From the NCBI GenBank assembly GCA_030390025.1, contig CM059432.1, positions 86,616,001 through 86,680,000 of the forward strand: a stretch of DNA of 64,000 bases. Direction: 5' to 3'. Below the pieces are notes generated by a model. The model made no database searches. It was not told the DNA's origin and saw nothing but the letters and a program-made list of their open reading frames with translations. How positions within the stretch are numbered: position 1 is the first letter of the stretch; the number at the start of each line of letters is the position of its first letter. A program made the position numbers and the translations under genes. Shown here one piece after another: positions 60,770-64,000 of this stretch. The DNA is from Squalus acanthias (Eukaryota).

Positions 60770-60899
60770 TACAGTGTTTGTAAAAATCACACTTACTGGT
60801 GAAATCATACTTTTACAAAAGTTCAGTTTTTAAGTTTTTCCAATTTATTTTCTGTTATAATGGATGGCACAGAGAGAATTATAAGGGTGTTGAATTCAA

Positions 60900-62035
60900 T
60901 GGTGCATCAAAGAATATAATATACTGGCATAAAAGGATGGGTGCAACGGGGGTGTTGCACAAGAGGCCAGAGTCAGAGGATTGGGGAGTTACAGGGAGGT
61001 GCAAAGAGGGCACTGTAGGAGGTTATAGAGACAGGGAGAGACAAGACCATGGTGAAATTTAAATACAAGGATGAGAATTTTACATTTGAGGTGTGCAGGA
61101 TTAGGAGACAAAGTAGGTCAGCGAGAACAGGGCTGATAGGCAGGTGGGACTTTGTGCAAGCTAGGATTCAGAGAGTATTGTATCAATTGAGTCTTGAGGT
61201 AACAAAGGCATAAATGAGGGTTTTAGCGACAGATAGACTGAAGTGGACGATGTTATTGAGGTGGAAGTAGGCGATCTCTATGATGGAGAAGATATGGGGC
61301 CAGGAATTCCGCTTAGCAGGGTCAAACAAGACAATTAGGTTGAGGACAGTCTAGTTCAGCTCGAGACAGTGGGCAGGCAGGAGGAGGAGTTGGTACTATG
61401 GTATAGAGTTTGTGACAGGAATTGAAGACGATGGTTTGTGACAGGCAACACAACTTTTAGCTGGAAGAATTACAGCTCATCAAATACTGGATGTCAGATG
61501 AGCAGTTTGATAGCATAGAGGCAATGGAGAGGTAGAGTTTGGTGTTCATCAGCATACATGTGTAAACTGACTCTATTGCCAGATCTTCAACTTCAGCAGC
61601 GGTGTAAAATGTTATACAGTAGTTTCTCTTCCCATCCCTACAGAGTCACCTTGGGAGTCACCTTGGAAGTCACCCAAAGATCCATCCTTGGCCCTTTCTC
61701 TTCCTCATCTACATGACTATCAAATTCACTGAAAGGACAACTGGCCAATTTTACATCCCGACAATTTTCCTTTCCATTGACATCAATGATAGTCATCTAT
61801 ACGAGGAAGAGGAAAGGGCTGAGGACGGATCTTTGAGTGAGATGAGAGGCTATTGTTAGAGATGCTTTGGCTACAATCGGATAGGAATGGGTGGAACCAA
61901 GCAAGGGCAGTCCCACTGAGGCAGACAACGGAGGAGAGGTAGTGGAGGAGGATGGTGCGATCACCCATGTTGAAGGCTATTCCGAGGTTGAGAAGCAAGA
62001 GAAGGAATAATGCTCCAGTCACTCTGACATTAGAT
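60900..62035 (-). mobile_element. Old degraded L2 fragments
   Basis: Remnants LLLLNLGIAFNMGDRTILL...GTALAWF and catcagcatacatgtgtaaact (reverse complement of YADD-like codons). Confidence 0.6.
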
Positions 62036-62229
62036 ATCAACATTTCAACCCTTCTCTACACTGTCTCCAAAGCCTCTGTGACTAGAAATGAATGCAGTCA
62101 CGACGCAGAGTACTATACAACTTCAGCATAACAGTATCAGATTTGTACTCTAATGATTTGGCAATATAACTCAGCAGTCAACTTGATTTGTTGATTATTA
62201 CTCAATGGTAACTGTATATGGTGAGTACA

Positions 62230-63400
62230 GGGCCTACCATAACTCCTGATCTCGACTAGATGTCTCCTATTCTTTCTTCCAATATGTAATACCTTGCACT
62301 TATCTGTATTCATTTCCAGCTGCTAAAGGTCTGGCCACTTGCAACTTATGTTCAGGTCTTTCTCAGTCCCTTAGCTGTCCGACCAGACTCAATTATCCCT
62401 CCTAGGTTCTCATCTGAAAATTTGGCCAAATTGCATTGCTTTTCTGAATCCAGGTATTTATGTAAACTTAAGACAATAGGATCCCCAGCACTGATCCCCG
62501 GGGCACTCGACTCAATACATTGCCCCAGCTTGGCATCACTCTCCTAACTAGCATACTGTTTCCTCTCTTTCAGACAATTCTTTATTTACCTCCACGTTTT
62601 ACAAAAGATGTTCAATGCCATTTTTATTTTAATCAGCTTATTTTAACATAATTTCATGTAAAACTTAAATTTTCTGGAATTCTAAGAATGCTACATCATT
62701 GACTTTCCAACAGTCACTTGAGATGTTACTTCCTTTGGGGCTACACGGTAGCATAGTGGTTAGCACTGGTGTCTCACAGCGCCAGGGACCCGGGTTCGAA
62801 TCTGACCTCGGGTGACTGTCTGTGTGGAGTTTGCACATTCTCCCCGTGTCTGCGTGGGTTTCCTCCGGGTGCTCCGGTTTCCTCCCACAGTCCAAAAATG
62901 TGCGGGTTAGGTTGATTTGGCTATGATAAATTGACCCTTAGTGTTAGGGGGGATTAAATATGTGGGGTTATGGGGATAGGATGGGATATGTTAGGGGGAA
63001 TTAAATATGTGGGGTTACGGGGGGTAGGGTGGGATATGTGTACTGTGGGGATTAAAGCAGGGACAGGGTACTGGATTTGGATGATCAGCCATGATCGTAT
63101 TGAATGGTGGAGCAGGCTCGACGGGCCGAATGGCCTACTCCTGCTCCTAGATTCTATGTTTCTATGTTTTTCCTCAGAAAAAGATTGATTAGGCAGTATC
63201 TCCTTCTTCTGAAACCTTGTTGGCTGCCATTCACTAAATGTGTCATGTTAGGTAATCCTCAAGTTTGTTCTTAATGTCCAATTCCATTATTTTTCCAGCT
63301 AATAATGGATTTAGCTGCATTTATTTTCACAACTTTTTGAAAATACCTACCATGTTGTCTCATTTTCAATACAGAGAGCGCTCCTGGAGCAACTGATTTC
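62230..63400 (-). mobile_element. Old CR1 RT fragment interrupted by HE1 SINE
   Basis: Remnants cccagcactgatccccggggcac (VPRGSVLG), FLEFQK and aaaccttgttggct (SQQGF). Confidence 0.7.
62737..63168 (+). mobile_element. HE1-type V-SINE with CR1/HER1-derived tail
   Basis: tRNA-like head (tagcatagtggttagc...ccgggttcgaatc); V-domain gtgtggagtttgcacattctccccgtgtctgcgtgggtttcctccgggtgctccggtttcctcccacagtccaaa; tail matching the CR1 3' UTR at 5970-6082. Confidence 0.92.
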
Positions 63401-63589
63401 CTCATTATAACTACAAGTATGCAACTTCAAAAACAGCTTCAACTTACACTATTTATTTGATAGTATAACTCAACATACTGTTTGCTTTGTTGATTGCTGT
63501 TTCATGTGTTGAGTCTGCTATCACATCCAGATATCTTTCAGCCTCTCCTCTAGCAATTCAGTATAAAACTAAACAAACAAAATATACAA

Positions 63590-64000
63590 GACCCCGTTAG
63601 GCCTCATCTAGAATACTGTCCAGTTTTGGCCCCCTCACACAGTGGGTGATATTGAGCCATCGGAAAAGGATCGAGGGAGGGCTAAGAGAATGATCCCTAG
63701 CTTAAAAGCACTTAGTTATCATGATAGCCTTAGAGAGCTGGGGATTTTTAACTTTAGAAAAGTGTAGACTTCGGAGAGATTGAATTGAAATATTTAAAAG
63801 GTTGAAGGGACTAGACTGTGTCTGTGTGGATAGACTATTTGAGCTAGATAGGTTACAGAAAAAGAGGGGCCTATCAGCTACACAAGCATAGGACTAGGTT
63901 AGACATCAGGAGATATTTTAATACGCAGAAGGTTGTTGACATCTGGGCCAAGTTGAGAAGGCTGTTAAAAAAGCATATGGTATCCTTGGCTTTATTAATA
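63590..64000 (+). mobile_element. Degraded CR1 ORF2 C-terminal fragments
   Basis: gttaggcctcatctagaatactg (VRPHLEY), ttagaaaagtgtagacttcggagagat (LEKxRLRRD) and KAYGILGFIN at the window end. Confidence 0.75.

Overview
Vertebrate genomic DNA, very probably from a cartilaginous fish (shark): it contains an HE1 V-SINE, SacSINE1-like DeuSINEs and shark-type CR1, L2, Penelope and Harbinger families. The window appears to lie entirely within the staufen 2 (stau2) gene on the minus strand. Two coding exons are supported: 29522-29681 (160 nt, C-terminal half of dsRBD2) and 13509-13616 (108 nt, linker plus start of dsRBD3; missed by the ORF track). The rest is intronic and dominated by nested transposable elements. 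These are CR1 LINEs nested up to three deep, a jockey/CR1-group LINE family, L2, Penelope-like elements carrying minimal hammerhead ribozymes, several two-gene PIF/Harbinger elements, a hAT element with an 8-bp TSD, a near-intact Tigger (one frameshift) with its own MITE, and a 1.48-kb solo-LTR-like insertion. Almost all ORFs in the track are TE fragments or antisense noise. The most interesting signals are: two sense-strand hammerhead ribozymes in one stau2 intron; a CR1 inserted back-to-back into another CR1 at the homologous FADD codons, giving a ~0.9-kb fold-back in the pre-mRNA of a dsRNA-binding-protein gene; inverted LINE pairs bracketing each exon; and the unclassified LTR. I found no clearly new system. 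Family names and homologies are from memory, not database searches, and boundaries of degraded repeats are approximate.
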